From: the human T2T-CHM13v2.0 reference genome, Homo sapiens
Assembly: GCF_009914755.1 (NCBI RefSeq)
Contig: NC_060933.1
Strand: one strand, 5' to 3'
Length of the DNA stretch: 64,000 nt
Part shown: in pieces, positions 1 to 14,482 of the stretch
How the letters are laid out: each line of letters opens with the position of its first letter
Numbering within the stretch: position 1 is the stretch's first letter
Made by a program: the position numbers and the translations under genes
The notes under the pieces: generated by a model
Told to the model about the DNA's origin: nothing
Database searches by the model: none
Seen by the model: the letters and a program-made list of their open reading frames with translations, nothing else

Positions 1-1341
1 AAATATTAGCTATTTTTATTTTTACTCAAAATTATCAAATGTGTCCAAGGACTTTCCAGTCCAAAGCTTCTGACTGCTTTTTCAATGGGGATGTGTCATA
101 ACTCCTAAGCCAATGAGGTCCAAAATGTATTTAACTCGCTCTCCAAACGGGCTCCTTTTTCTGGCTTCACCAGTACTATTGCCACGCTGCAAATCTGACT
201 TTGATTCTTCAACCTTCCCTACCTCCAATATCTAATCCATTGCTAAGTCTGATCAATTCTAGATATACTTGTTCTTTGCTCTCTGTAAGCACAGTCTCTG
301 TAAGCACCAATTACACTGGGATCATTAACATCTTTCTCAATAATTTTAAGAGCCACTGAGACTAGTCTCCCTGCTTTTCTTTTTCTTTCTTCAATCCATT
401 CTTCACACAGCTGCTACCGTGATCTCCCTAAATGACAATTCTTATTTTACTCTGCTATTATATTAGCAACCAAACTCTCATTCAGCCTTAACAGCAGAAT
501 AAAGCCTAAACTTCTTAACGGGTACTGAAAGGCTTCTGGACCCAAACTATCTTTCCACCCTTCTCACCACAACATTTCAAAAAGGGACTGACTATTTACT
601 GTTCTCTCAAAACACTGAACTCCTTTTTGACTCTCTGCATTTTCCCATCTCCTTACTTTTGCTCAGACCCTACCCTCACTTAGAGGGGTCTTCTCTTCAT
701 CTCCGCCCATAAATGCCATTCTTCATATGCCATTTAGTCATGTCTTACATTATGTCCAAAAAGTGCTTTCTCTATTCCCTTTATAGTTTCAGAGAATTTT
801 ATAGCTGGGATCACCTCATCTTACAAATAACCATGTCTGCAAATGCTAAAATCAAGTAATCAAGGTGACCGGCAGGTAGGCCTAGAATTTAGATACAACT
901 TCAAATCTTTTCCTAAACCACATCTTCCCCCTTTCATAGTATTTAATCACACCTTGTCTTGTATTTTAGTTATTTATGTAATTATTCGTATGTTCATTCA
1001 ATTGTGTGAAGACTAAAGGCAAATGTATTTCAGATACATCAGTTGTATGAAGTAGAACTTCAGATGTTTGTTGAACCTAATAAAAATTGCAACAAGAAAT
1101 ACAGCAACTCAAGATTAACCCAGCTACATGGGGTGGGGGCAGGGGGGTGGTTCGCCGGGGGGAACAAAAGAGTGGGGGCCACATGGCAGCTCCCCTCTGC
1201 CACCTCAGAGTAAATGTCACTTTAATATAATAAAGTCCCTGAACATAGCTAATAATTTCTTCCTCTGAGGAAAATAACAGTTGCCACTCTCACAGGCATC
1301 TAAGATTAAATGAAGCATTGCAGGTAGAAGACTTAACATAC

Positions 1342-1681
<340 letters not shown>

Positions 1682-1987
1682 TCATTTCTAGTCTTGGCCT
1701 TCCTCTCCTTTAATATAGCCTGTTCTACTATCCAGCCCTGCCATGACACTCCTCTGCCTTAAAACCTTCCACTCTTCCCACCACCTCCCTTACTGGATCA
1801 AGTCCAAACTGTTTGGTCTGGCCTTGTAGAAGCTGCTTCCAAGTCCTATCTCAGCCCAAGTTGCCTCTCCAGGCTCAGCACCTGCTGCTTCCCACCACCA
1901 CCACTAGGGTCACATCAAACTGTACTTGGCTCCCTAAACACACAAGTTCTGCTAGGCCGTCTCATTCTTGTGAGTTTTCACCCATAA

Positions 1988-2400
1988 TATAGTGGAAAAG
2001 CATTGGTTTTAAAATCAGACTTGGGTTCACTTCCAGCTCTATTACTTACGAGCTCCGTGACCTTGGGCAAATCATTTCTACTCTCGGGGACTAATTCCTT
2101 ATTTATAACGCTACGACCAATTGTGTGTGTGTGTGTATATATATATATATGACCAATTGTGTGTGTGTATATATATATGGTATATACATATATATATATA
2201 CACCAATTGTGTATATATATATATGGTATATATATATACACACCAATTGTGTGTGTGTATATATATGTGTATGTGTGTGTATATATATATATATCCTACC
2301 TTATAGTGTTGCTGGGAGGATTCAATGAATTAATGCATGGAAAGTAATTAGCATCCTGCCTGGTATCTAGAAAGGACTTGATCATGTTAGCTATAATTAG
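1988..2400 (+). mobile_element. MIR, interrupted by a compound (TG)n/(TA)n repeat
   Basis: MIR core motifs (gtgaccttgggcaaatcatt; gaggattcaatga...taatgcatggaaag) lie on both sides of the repeat. Confidence 0.7.
2115..2294. repeat. Compound mini/microsatellite: 4 units of (G/C)ACCAATTG(TG)n(TA)n
   Basis: The ACCAATTGTG anchor recurs at ~2116, 2152, 2202 and 2242. Confidence 0.9.
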
Positions 2401-3096
2401 TAGGGTATGTTTCTACTTCACTCCTCACAGCACTAACTACATTGTACTGTGACTGCCTCTTTATGTGTCTGTCTCCCTACTGGATTGTAAAGTCCATGAA
2501 AGCACGAAGTATATCTCTTCCAGCGTTATGTGTACACGTTAATTACTGAAATGATATCTCTTGAATAAACGAATGCTTTAAATGGGTCCTGTTACCAAAC
2601 ACCTTCCCAAGGCTGTGAGTAGATGCACGCTCCAATATTGTCTCATTTTCCCGCGGCTTCGTCACCCCACTCTATGCACTCTGCACCGGTGATACCACTT
2701 TAAGGTAGATGACCGTCTCCCTCGACTGTGAGCCCCTAGGGTTGTATACTCACCTCGCATGCAAGTTTGAGGATTAAGCGACATAAGCTAAGTAAAATGA
2801 CTGGTTGGTGCTTAATAAAATGTATCACTATTATTCACGGAAGGAGAAATAGGTCGCTGTGGAGGGCGAAAGGGGGAGGATTCTAGAGCCACTGCAAGAT
2901 GCGACAGGGTGGGGTAGAGAGGGGAGGCGACTCCCAAAGCTGCGGAGGGGACCTCCGGGGGTCGACCTGTATATGCGTTGGAGGACTGGGGAGGGGGGCC
3001 CGGGTCCCAGGATCCGCGGAGCCCAAGGGGGGCTAGGCCCAGGCCCGAGAAGCCGCAGCCCCATGTCTCCCTTGCCTGTCCTCCGGATAGCCTCAC

Positions 3097-3147
3097 CTCA
3101 TCTACTTTCAGCTCCTCTAGAGTGGGCAGCTCCACTATCCCCGGCAT
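3097..3147 (-). CDS. NDUFA8: NADH:ubiquinone oxidoreductase subunit A8, coding exon 1 (MPGIVELPTLEELKVDE); the rest of the gene lies left of the window
   Basis: ATG at 3147-3145 in GCCGTCATGC context; 17 codons match the recognised NDUFA8 N-terminus; donor GAG|GTGAGG at 3096. Confidence 0.96.
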
Positions 3148-3242
3148 GACGGCTGCAGCCCCGACCCCGACGAGAAGCCCTCAGCCGCGTCGCCCCCGTC
3201 TCCTTGAACTCCCCTTTCGACCGCCGAGTGCCACACGGCGCC

Positions 3243-3254
3243 TGCGCATGCGCA
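3243..3254. promoter_or_regulatory. NRF1 binding site (perfect palindrome TGCGCATGCGCA)
   Basis: Exact NRF1 consensus, upstream of a nuclear-encoded complex I gene; a partial second site GCGTGCGCA at ~3302-3310. Confidence 0.85.
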
Positions 3255-3374
3255 TCCGGCAACACGCAGGCGTATTGCCCTGCCCAACCACGAGCGAGGG
3301 AGCGTGCGCAATACCAAGAACTTTTCAGCCTCCAGCGGGGTGGGGCTTCGATTCGGCTCCGCCCACCCCTCCAG

Positions 3375-3405
3375 GTTGTCATAGTGATGCCGTATCCACT
3401 GAGAC
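3375..3405. promoter_or_regulatory. Tandem degenerate RFX X-boxes just upstream of the MORN5 ATG
   Basis: GTTGTCATAGTGAT (3375-3388) and GTATCCACTGAGAC (3392-3405) resemble GTTGCCATGG(C/A)(A/G)AC. Confidence 0.5.
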
Positions 3406-3442
3406 TCCGGATCCTAACAGCTGGAAGCTAAAAACAGGCGCC

Positions 3443-3489
3443 ATGGAGTACACAGGGAGCAAATATATCGGGGAATATGTAGATGGGAG
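3443..3489 (+). CDS. MORN5: MORN repeat-containing protein 5, exon 1 (MEYTGSKYIGEYVDG R/)
   Basis: Kozak GCCATGG; donor AG|GTAAGG at 3490. Confidence 0.95.
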
Positions 3490-3995
3490 GTAAGGGGCTC
3501 ATTTGATTCACTTACTATACCTTGAATAGCTGTGACTGGAAAAAGACGGCTTTTTGCTTCTGCGAAACACCTTGTGCCAGGCACTTTCACAAACTTGCCC
3601 GAGTAATTTTTTCAAGGACCATATCTAATAAGCAGCAAAGCTAAGATGCATTCATTCCATATATACTTATATGTGTGTGTGCATTGACTGTGTGTGTGTG
3701 CTATCTGCCAGTTTTAAACATAGGAATAAGAATATTTAAAATGTCAAGATCCTTGCTCTTATGGAGTTTATAATCCAGTTGGAGATGTATTGCCAATAAA
3801 CAAATAAGTGATAAAATAATTACAGATAATGGTAAATGCTATAAAAACAAACACGAAGATTAGGGAAGAGAGACTGGCTAATCTGAATCTACACGGTCGC
3901 TTCCTTCCAGGAGGAGTTCACGATCTAGGGATTATTATAGAGGATTATATACACAAATCACTGTAGTGGACTAGTAGTAAAAAACAATTCAACAG

Positions 3996-4354
3996 TTTTT
4001 TTTTCTTTTCTTTTCCTTCCTTCCTTCCTTCCTTTTTTCCTTCCTTCCTTCCTTCCTACCTTCCTCTCTTTCTTTCTTTCTCTCTCGTTTTTGTTTTATT
4101 TTCAGACAAGATCTCGCTCTGTTGCCCTGGCTGGAGTGCAGTGGCCTGTTCACTGCTTACTGCAGCCTCAACCCCCTAGGCTCAAACAATCTTCCCACCT
4201 CAGCCTCCCAAGTAGCTGAGACTACCGGTGTGCACCACTACCCCCAGCAAATTTTTCAACGCCTTTTGTAGAGACGGCATCTTGCTATGTTGTCCAAGCT
4301 GGTCTCATACTCCTGGGCTCAAGTGATCCTCTTGCATGAGCCACCGTGCCCAGC
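3996..4354 (-). mobile_element. AluJ-type element (internally deleted) with expanded (CCTT)n/(CTTT)n tail
   Basis: Antisense Alu motifs; TSD-like CAATTCAACA on both sides. Confidence 0.8.
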
Positions 4355-5857
4355 AATTCAACAATGTTGAGTGGCTACCGAGTACCAGGCCCTGTAATTG
4401 ACTCTGGGCACAATCCCTGTCTTCAGAAAGTTCATTCAAACATGATGCGACAAGTAGACATAACAGATAACTGCGATTCAGTGTGGTAAGAGCTGTAGTA
4501 GAGAGAAGCAGAGGAAACACAGAGGTGGCCACTCTTTTTTGCCAACCACCCTGGATGAAGAAAGTGGAATCTCTGTTTTTATAGCTGAGGAAACCAAGGC
4601 TGGACGATATGAAGTGGTTTGCTGAACCAGTGCTAGTTGTCGGGACTGTGAAGCACTCCCACCTTGGGGCTCTGTATTCACAAGTTGGTGGAATTCCAGG
4701 GCATTCTGAGTTAATAGGAAAGAGGGATCTGTGGTCTGGACAGGGATAGGAGATAGATTCCTAGAGAGGGTGGTAGGAATGCTATGGGATGCTATCTCTC
4801 TAATCATTACATCAATTTTGCAAGGAAGATGTTATTATCTTTCCAGGTAAGAAAGGTGACCCTTACAGGGCTTGAGACACTTATCCTACTCAGCAGGTAA
4901 GTGGCAGAGGTGCTTGGTGTGTACTCCCTCTCACTACTCAGTGAGATAGTTCAGGCTGACCTTGCAAATAAAGGAACAGAAGTTAGGAGAAGCAAAATGA
5001 CTGGCCCACCATTATGGATACACAGCTAGGAAGTAACAGAGTCAGGATTTGAACCCAATCCTCTGTCCAAACCACATTCTTACTTTTCACAAGGCTCTGC
5101 TACAGTGAAGGTGGTAGAATTTTGGCAGATAGAGATGGGGTATTGGGCATTTTAGGCACAAAAAGTTGAGAAACTACATTAATTTTCGATGGGCTGTATA
5201 TGGGTGAGAGAGAAACACACAGACAAGGTAAAAGACGGAAGGCTTTCAACCATTTGCCTTTGGCCTTCTGTGTATTTTCATTGGGTTTGTGTGCTGAATC
5301 AGCCATTTCCATGCTTTGGCCCTAGGAATTTGGGCTTTGCTTGAGGTTGTCTGGTACCTCTGTAACCACGATAGGGATTCCCAGACCTGAACAGGGCTTC
5401 CCAATTTCCCATAACTAGCAAGAAGTCAGCAGTTTTTCACTTGTTATACTTCTTTTCATAAGTTGGACATGTGTTGTTCTGTACTGATTTTGTATTTTTA
5501 ACAACAGTTAACTAGAATTCTATTTGGGGCATCTCAAATTTCAGCATGTAATGAGAGGATGAGACAGGTCTGGGCTCAAGTCTGCCATTTGCTTGTTGTA
5601 CACTTAATTAACCATCCATACCTCAGTTTCCTCATCTGTAAAATGGGAAAGCAATGCACATTCAGCAGCAGTGTTCCAAGGAATATGTAATGATCATATA
5701 TGGATGTTATTTACAAATGGTAGATACTCAATCAATTTTTTTTAATTTAGGGAGGGGATATTTTCCTCTTGGAGTTTAAATGAATAGAGTAACCTCTCTA
5801 TACAGTAGGAAGTTGATATTTAACGTTTGGTTTAAAAAGTTTATGTAGACTCTCCAT

Positions 5858-6475
5858 GGCTGATAGGAACATCAAATGGTACGACTGCTTTGGAAAAGTT
5901 TGGCAGTTTCTTGAAAAGTTAAACAGCCATTCCACTTATAGGTATTTACCCCAGAAATGAAAGTGTATATATACACAAAGACATGTATACAAGTACTCAT
6001 AGCAGCCTTATTTATAATAACCAAAACTAGAAACAAACCCAAATGTCATCAACAGGGGAATGAAGAAACTAATTGTGGTATATCCATTCATTGGAATACT
6101 ACTCAGCAATAAAAAGGAGTGAACTATTGGTACACAGAACAACATGAATGAATCTCAAAAAATTATGTTAAGTGAAAGAAGCCAGACAAAAAAAGAGTAG
6201 ATACTGTATGATTCCATTTATGTAAAATTCTAGAAAATGCAAATCTATGGTGACAGAAAGTAGATCAGTAGTCACCTAGAGATGAGGATTGTGGGCAGGG
6301 GCAAGGAGGAAGTATTACAGAAAGGCATGCAGAAACTTTTGTGGGGAGTAGATATTTTGTCTTGATTGTGATGATGTTTTCCCAGGTGATGTCAAAACGT
6401 GTCAAATTGTACACTTTAAACACGTGGCCTATTGTATGTCAATTACACTTCAATGTATCTACTTAAAAAAAAAAC
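5858..6475 (+). mobile_element. Old L1 (L1M) 3' fragment
   Basis: L1 ORF2-end/3' UTR motifs (ggaatactactcagcaataaaaagga; atactgtatgattccattta), ending in an A tail. Confidence 0.8.
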
Positions 6476-8695
6476 CTTAAAAGAGACATGATTTCCCTGT
6501 ACCACGTGTGAATATTAAAAAAAAAAAGGTTAATGTAGTATCTGTCTGACCTCAATATTATGGTTTCTTTGGAGTAGTCGCACAATTGAGTTCTAGATAA
6601 CTCCACTCCAAAGCACCACAAGGTAAGTGCCAGAAGAGACCTACAGACACAGGGGAGGAAGGGACGCCCATAGCATTTATGTAGTAACTACTGTGCTCTG
6701 GGTGGCTTTGCCTGCATCTTCTCTTCACAGGGACTCTTTGAGATAGATATCATTATCCTATTTTACAGATGGGAAAAGTAAGGCTCGGAGTAAACCTGCC
6801 CAAAGTCACCCAGTTAGCATTTGGCAGAGCAGGTATTAAAACCCAGGTCGATCAGACTGTAAAGCCCACAGGCTTCCTACAATAGAGCCCTGCTGCTGTG
6901 GCCCTTCAGAGGCCACATACAGTCGGAGCCGTCCTTAAAGGCTTCGTGGAAGAGATAGTATTTGAAATGGGCCTTGAAGGTTGGGTAGGATTTAGGTGGT
7001 TGGAGATGCAAGGTGAAGAATTCTTTTTCTAGAAGTTTTTAGGCAGAGGGAACAGCATGAGCAATAGCCCAGAGGGCACGTATGGAGTAGAGCTGGCAGT
7101 TCAGTTTGGCAGGAGAGTGGGTTGTGCCCAGAGGAGTTATGCAAAGGGAAGCTGGACAGGCGGTCTGTGCTCTGGCAAAGAAATTTCAATACCGTGCACA
7201 ATTCTGGTGGTGGAGGAACCACTGATAGATCCTGGTAGGGCCAAGCATCAGGAAATAAAACTTATTTCATCTCTGTAACTCTCCTCATAATGCATATGTG
7301 TGGTAGAGACTCAGTAAATGTTGGCTGAATGAATGAATGAATGAATCATAGGTTTTGAGGGGTTTGTTTGAGACAGGGTCTCACTCTGGAGTGCTCTGGC
7401 TGGAGTGCAGTGGTGCAGTCTTGGCTCACAGCAATGTCCACCCCACCGGACTCAAGCGATCCTCCCACCTCAGCCTCCCCAGTAGCTGGGACCACAGATA
7501 TGCGCCACCATGCCCAGCTAATTGATAGGTATTTGAGATCTGGTAATCATATCCTTATTATGGATTGAAGCCTTCACTATAAAGTGGTTTTTTTCTTCTT
7601 TTTAACTTACTTTGAATTTAGAAGGCAGGCTTTTCACCTTGAATGAATTTTTTAAAATGGAAGAGAAGGAGGGAGAAAGGAAGGGAAAGAGAGAGAGAGT
7701 GAAGGAGAAAAAGAAGAAGGGAGGAGAAGGAGAGAAGGAGGGACAGAGAGGAGGGAAGCAGGAAAAGTGAAGATGGGGAGATCAGCTCAGAGCTCACTGC
7801 AGTTGTCCCAGTAAGAGGCAGCAGAACCCTGGGCCAAGGCAGAAGCAGTGAAGCTGCAGGAAAGAGAAAAATGTAGGAGAGGTTTGGGGATTTTACTGCC
7901 AGGAGTTGGCAGCTGATTGGCTCCAGTCCCGTCCAGAGATGGCTTACAGCCCCAGCCCTGGGCCCAGCTCCTGGCCTTGAACCAGAGGATTCTGATACCA
8001 TTCATGGAAATAGAGAACTCTAAGGAGGTGCTGCTTAGGGGAGGAGGAGATGAGTTCTGTTTTAGGCGAGTTGGAGATGTCTGTGAGAGGTCTGAACAGT
8101 GATGTCCAGTTCAAGGTAAGAAAAGGGGTGGGGTCTAACCTCAGAGAAGGGTGTAGAACTTGAATATGGAGATGGTGCTTAGAAATGATAGATGTGAGCT
8201 CAAGCAAAGAGTACAGGAGGGAAGGAGAAGAGGAATTCTCCCTTCCCCCCATGTCTTGCACTAGAATAAAAGTGAAATAGTTTTCAATTTCTTGTTCTAT
8301 GCCGGGCATTCTGCTATAGTTTCACAACCATCGTCTCACTCAGTTATCTCAACAACTTTGTCATCCACTCTGTTCACTGACTACTCTTTCTGTTTCCTTC
8401 ATTCTTTACTCAGGAGACGTTTATGAAGCACCTGCTTAATGGTTCTAGGAGCTGAGGATACCAAAGTCTTCCTTTAAAGAAGCTTTTCTTAAATACAGGA
8501 GATAAGATACCTAATTACAAAACAAGATAGAAAGTGTTACACATCCCGACAGAGGTATTAGCAAAAGCCTAAAGAAGGTCAGAGTTAGGAGAGGAGCCTT
8601 CAGCTTGTTAGGAGGAATGGAGAAGGAATGAATGAAAGCATATTTATTAAGCACTCACTATATATATGTCAGGCCCTTTACTAGGAAAATCGTTA

Positions 8696-9066
<371 letters not shown>

Positions 9067-9374
9067 AAGAAGCTAGTCAACTGGTCAAGCTGGTGTCCCT
9101 GCCTTGTTCTCCTGTATGAGCCTGTCTTCCTCCTGCATAGCACTTATCACACATTGTATAATTACTCAATTTTGTCCCCCACTAGACTGTGAGCCCCCCG
9201 AGGACAGGGACCGCATCTGCCTTGATCACTGTTGAATCTGTGTTGTATTCAGCAAGTTGGACCATCAGCATAGTCCCTGACAAAATGTAGGTGCTCTGTA
9301 AATACCTGTTTGGAAGGAAAGAAGGAAGGGAAGGAAGGGAGGGAGGCACAAGCAAAGAGGTTTGGGAAAGTATC

Positions 9375-9737
9375 TGTATTAGTCTGTTCTCATGCTGCTG
9401 TAAGGACATAACCAAAGACTGGGTAATCTATAAAGGAAAGAGGCTTAATGGACTCACAGTTCCACATGGCTGGGAAGGCCTCACGATCATGGTGGACGCA
9501 AAGGGGGAGCAAGGGCACATCTTACATGGCAGCAGGCAAGAGAGCATGTTCAGGGGAATTGCCCTTTATAAAACCATCAGATCTCATGAGACTTATTCAC
9601 TATCATGAGAACAGCATGGGAAAAACCCACCCCCATGATTCAGTTACCTCCCACTGAGTCCCTCCCATGACATGTGGGGATTATGGGAGCTACAATTCCC
9701 GATGAGATTTGGGTGGGGACACAGCCAAACAATATTA
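9375..9737 (-). mobile_element. THE1 (MaLR) solo LTR
   Basis: THE1-type sequence (gactcacagttccacatggctgggaaggcctcac; gagatttgggtggggacacagccaaac); 5-bp TSD GTATC on both sides. Confidence 0.9.
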
Positions 9738-9738
9738 G

Positions 9739-11018
<1,280 letters not shown>

Positions 11019-11161
11019 TAGAATCCTCTCCCTCTAGATCTGGAAGGATCTGTGGAGAGGCCATGATGAGTTTGCATCTGTTACACCACTTACTGCCTGA
11101 TCTTAGGCCCACGACTTCACCTCCCTGAGAGTTCTTCACCTATCAACTCGGGACAGTTAGT

Positions 11162-11639
11162 TGCATTAGTTATGTGTTGGTACTATAACAGGTTACCACA
11201 AATTTAGTCTGAAATCAGCACAAATGTATTATCTTACAGTTCTAGAGCTCAAAAGTCTGAAATAAGTCAGCAAGCCTGCATTCCATCCAGAGGCTCTACG
11301 GGAAAACCTGTTTCCTTGCCTTTTCCAGCTTCTAGAGGCTGCCTGCATTCCTTGGCTCATGGCCACGCATCACTCCGACCTCTGCTTTCATCATCACGTC
11401 ACCCTTCGTCCCTCTGCTTTCATCGTCATCTCTTCTTCTCTCACCCTGACCTTACTATTTCCCTCTCATAGGAACCTTGCAATCATATTTGGCACACCCA
11501 GATAATCCAAATAATCTTCCCACTTCAGGATCCTTCATTTAATTGCATCTGCAAAATCCCTCTTGCCATGTAAAGTAGCATATTCACAGGTTGCAGCAGA
11601 CAGGGACATCTTTGGGGGACCATTATTCAGCCTACCACA
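11162..11639 (-). mobile_element. MLT1 (MaLR) solo LTR, MLT1C-like
   Basis: TG...CA ends (…cattattcagcctaccaca); TSD-like (T/A)TAGT. Confidence 0.8.
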
Positions 11640-12239
11640 ATAGTACAAGGCACCTCAATATATATATGTGAACACTTTGCTAAGTTCCCAGCACACAAGA
11701 GGCACTCAATAAATGTTAGCTCTTATTACCACCATCACTGCTACTATCATTATAACTTACCTAATCCAAGGATTCTTACCCCCTGGTATTTGTGAGTCAT
11801 GAATAGAATTCAGGGAGTCACTGAAACCTCTTGATTTATATACAGAAGTTTCTGTGTAAAGGGGACTAAGTTTTTCTCCAGGAAAAGCATCTATAGCTTT
11901 CATCAGTTTCACTAAGAGCATCTTGGGGCCTGACTCATGACCTAAAAAAGGTTAAGAAAGGCTCCTTGTTTTATAGCTTGGAGAGTCTAAGCCCCAGGAA
12001 GGGGATGTGACTTTCCCGAGGTCACACAGTGAATTAATAGTATCATTGGAATTTCCACCCGTGTTTCCTGATGCCCAGGCCAATGCAATTTCTACATCCT
12101 GAGGCTTCCTTTAGCAGTAAGGCAGCAAAGGCAGAATGTATGTGTTTGGACAAAGGGCCGTGGCTGATGGCTCTGACCTTTCCAGCTATAATAATAATAA
12201 AAGAATAATAACATTTATTGAGTGCTTACTTTGTGTCAG

Positions 12240-12759
12240 TGTGTCAGTCAGGGTTCTTCAGAGACACAAAACCAATAGGATATATAGAGATGTATGGAAA
12301 GAGATTTATATTAGGGATTGGCTCACAAGATTATGGAGGCTAAGAAGCCTCCCAATCTTCCCTCTGCAACCTGGAGGCCCAGGAAAGCTGTTAGTGTAGT
12401 TCCAGTCCAAACCCAAGGGCCTCAACCAGGGGGATCAATGGTGTAAGTCCCAGTCAGAGTTCAAAGGCCTGAGAACCAGGAATGCTGATGTCCAAGGGCA
12501 AGGAAGATGGATGTCCCAGCACAAGCAGAGACAGGGAATTGGCGCTTCCTCTGCCTTTTTGTTCTATCCAGACCCTCAACGGATTGTATGGTGCCCACCC
12601 ACTTTGGTGAGGGTGGAACTTCTTTGCTCAGCCCACCGATTAAAATGTGAATCCCTTCTAGAAACGCCCTCATGAACACACCCAGAAATGTTTTACCAGC
12701 TATCTGGGCATCCCTTTCACTTAACCCAGTCAAGGTGTCTCACAAAATCAACCATCACA
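12240..12759 (-). mobile_element. MLT2 (ERVL) solo LTR inserted into a MIR
   Basis: tgtgtcagtcagggttc...aatcaaccatcaca; TSD G(T/C)CAG; the MIR sequence continues across the insertion. Confidence 0.8.
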
Positions 12760-13052
12760 GCCAGGCACTGTGCTAAATGCTTCACGTGTGCTATCTCATT
12801 GAATTTTCAATCAACCCTATTTTATGTACACTATCATTAACTTAATTTTACAAATGAGGAAATGAAGGGCCAGAGAGAGTGGGTCGTCTGCCCAAGTTCA
12901 TCTGCCAAAGTGAGTTCACCCACTTTGAGCGGCAGGGACAGGGCTCGGCACTTATACCCATTCCCTCTTGTCGTCACAACCATAATAATTGTGATAGTTA
13001 CCACTTCTTTACTGCAGCCATCAGAAAGGCCCCCACTTCCCTTGACATCTGA

Positions 13053-13316
<264 letters not shown>

Positions 13317-13484
13317 TAAAGGGGAAGAGGAACTGAGCAGGCGTAGAAGAATGCAAAAGAGCCAGGTCCTGGAGCCAGGAAGGCCAGTCCTCATATCTCA
13401 GCTCCACTGTGCTAGCCAGAGGACCATGGGCAAGGGACTTTACCCACTGCGCCTCAGTTTCTCCCCTTCAAAATGGAGTCAATC

Positions 13485-13783
13485 AGCTGGGCGTGGTGAC
13501 TATGCCTGTAATCCCAGCACTTTGGGAGGCCAAGGCGGGTGGATCACTTGAGGTCAGGACTTCCAGACCATCCTGGCCAACATGGTGAAACCCCGTCTCT
13601 TCTAAAAATACAAAAATTAGCCGGGTGTGGTGGCATGCCTGTAATCCCAGCTACTCAGGAGGCTGAGGCATGAGAATCGTTTGAACTCAGGAGGTGGAGT
13701 TTGCAGTGAGCTGACATCACACCACTGCACTCCAGCCTGGGCGACAGAGCGACACTCTGGTCTCAGAAAAAAAAAAAAAAAAA
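13485..13783 (+). mobile_element. AluSx inside a MIR
   Basis: TSD TCAAAATGG(A/G)GTCAAT. Confidence 0.9.
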
Positions 13784-14303
13784 TCAAAATGGGGTCAATA
13801 GCATCATCTACCTCCCAAGATTGTTGTAAATAAGATAATTCATGTCAGGTGTTTAGAACAGTGCCTTGAATGCATGTGGGTGCACGGTACATGTCAGCTG
13901 TTCTTATTCGTGGTACCTACTATAACACTAAAATTATGTAAATATTTTAAAAAGAAAGAGTTAAGGACGAAAGCAGTACTGACAGAGCATGTGCTTTGTG
14001 TATCAGGTGCTGGGGGAGGCTCTCTGTAATCCCTGTCTCCCTAATGTCCAGATGACCCTGCCCAGTCAGCCTTCCTAGTCCCATGTCACTCCAGGTTGAG
14101 GCTGTGGAGTTCAGACATGGTTCCCTGTGGCAGAGCTCACACTGGTAGCCCAGTCTTCCTCTCTGAGGTCCTCTTTATCATGCTACCTCCCTGCAAAAAC
14201 CGTGTCTCATCATGGAGGGCTACATTTGGACTATAAGTCTGGATTCAGAGAGTGGCACCTTAAAATTTTGAGACGTGTTCCAGGTCAGGTGAGCCTCAAG
14301 ACG

Positions 14304-14482
14304 AGGGGAGGAGAGGGATAGTATTAGGAGAAATACCTAATGTAGATGACAGGTTGATGGGTGCAGCAAACCACCATGGCACGTGTATACCTATGTAACA
14401 AACCTGCACATTCTGCACATGTACCCCAGAACTTAAAGTATAATAAAAAATAAATAAGTAATAAAAAAATAAAAAAAGAAAA
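14304..14482 (+). mobile_element. L1PA 3' end, 5'-truncated
   Basis: Canonical L1PA 3' UTR (gggtgcagcaaaccaccatggcacgtgtatacctatgtaacaaacctgcac...ttaaagtataataaaaaa). Confidence 0.92.

Larger units (their letters stand above)
2930..3450. promoter_or_regulatory. CpG-rich bidirectional promoter shared by NDUFA8 (-) and MORN5 (+)
   Basis: The two divergent ATGs (3147 and 3443) are 296 bp apart; high CpG density; GC box CTCCGCCCACCC ~3357-3368. Confidence 0.9.

Noticed and set aside
1978-2347. Several Y/I/C/V-rich ORFs
   Set aside because: Translations of the (TG)n/(TA)n repeat.
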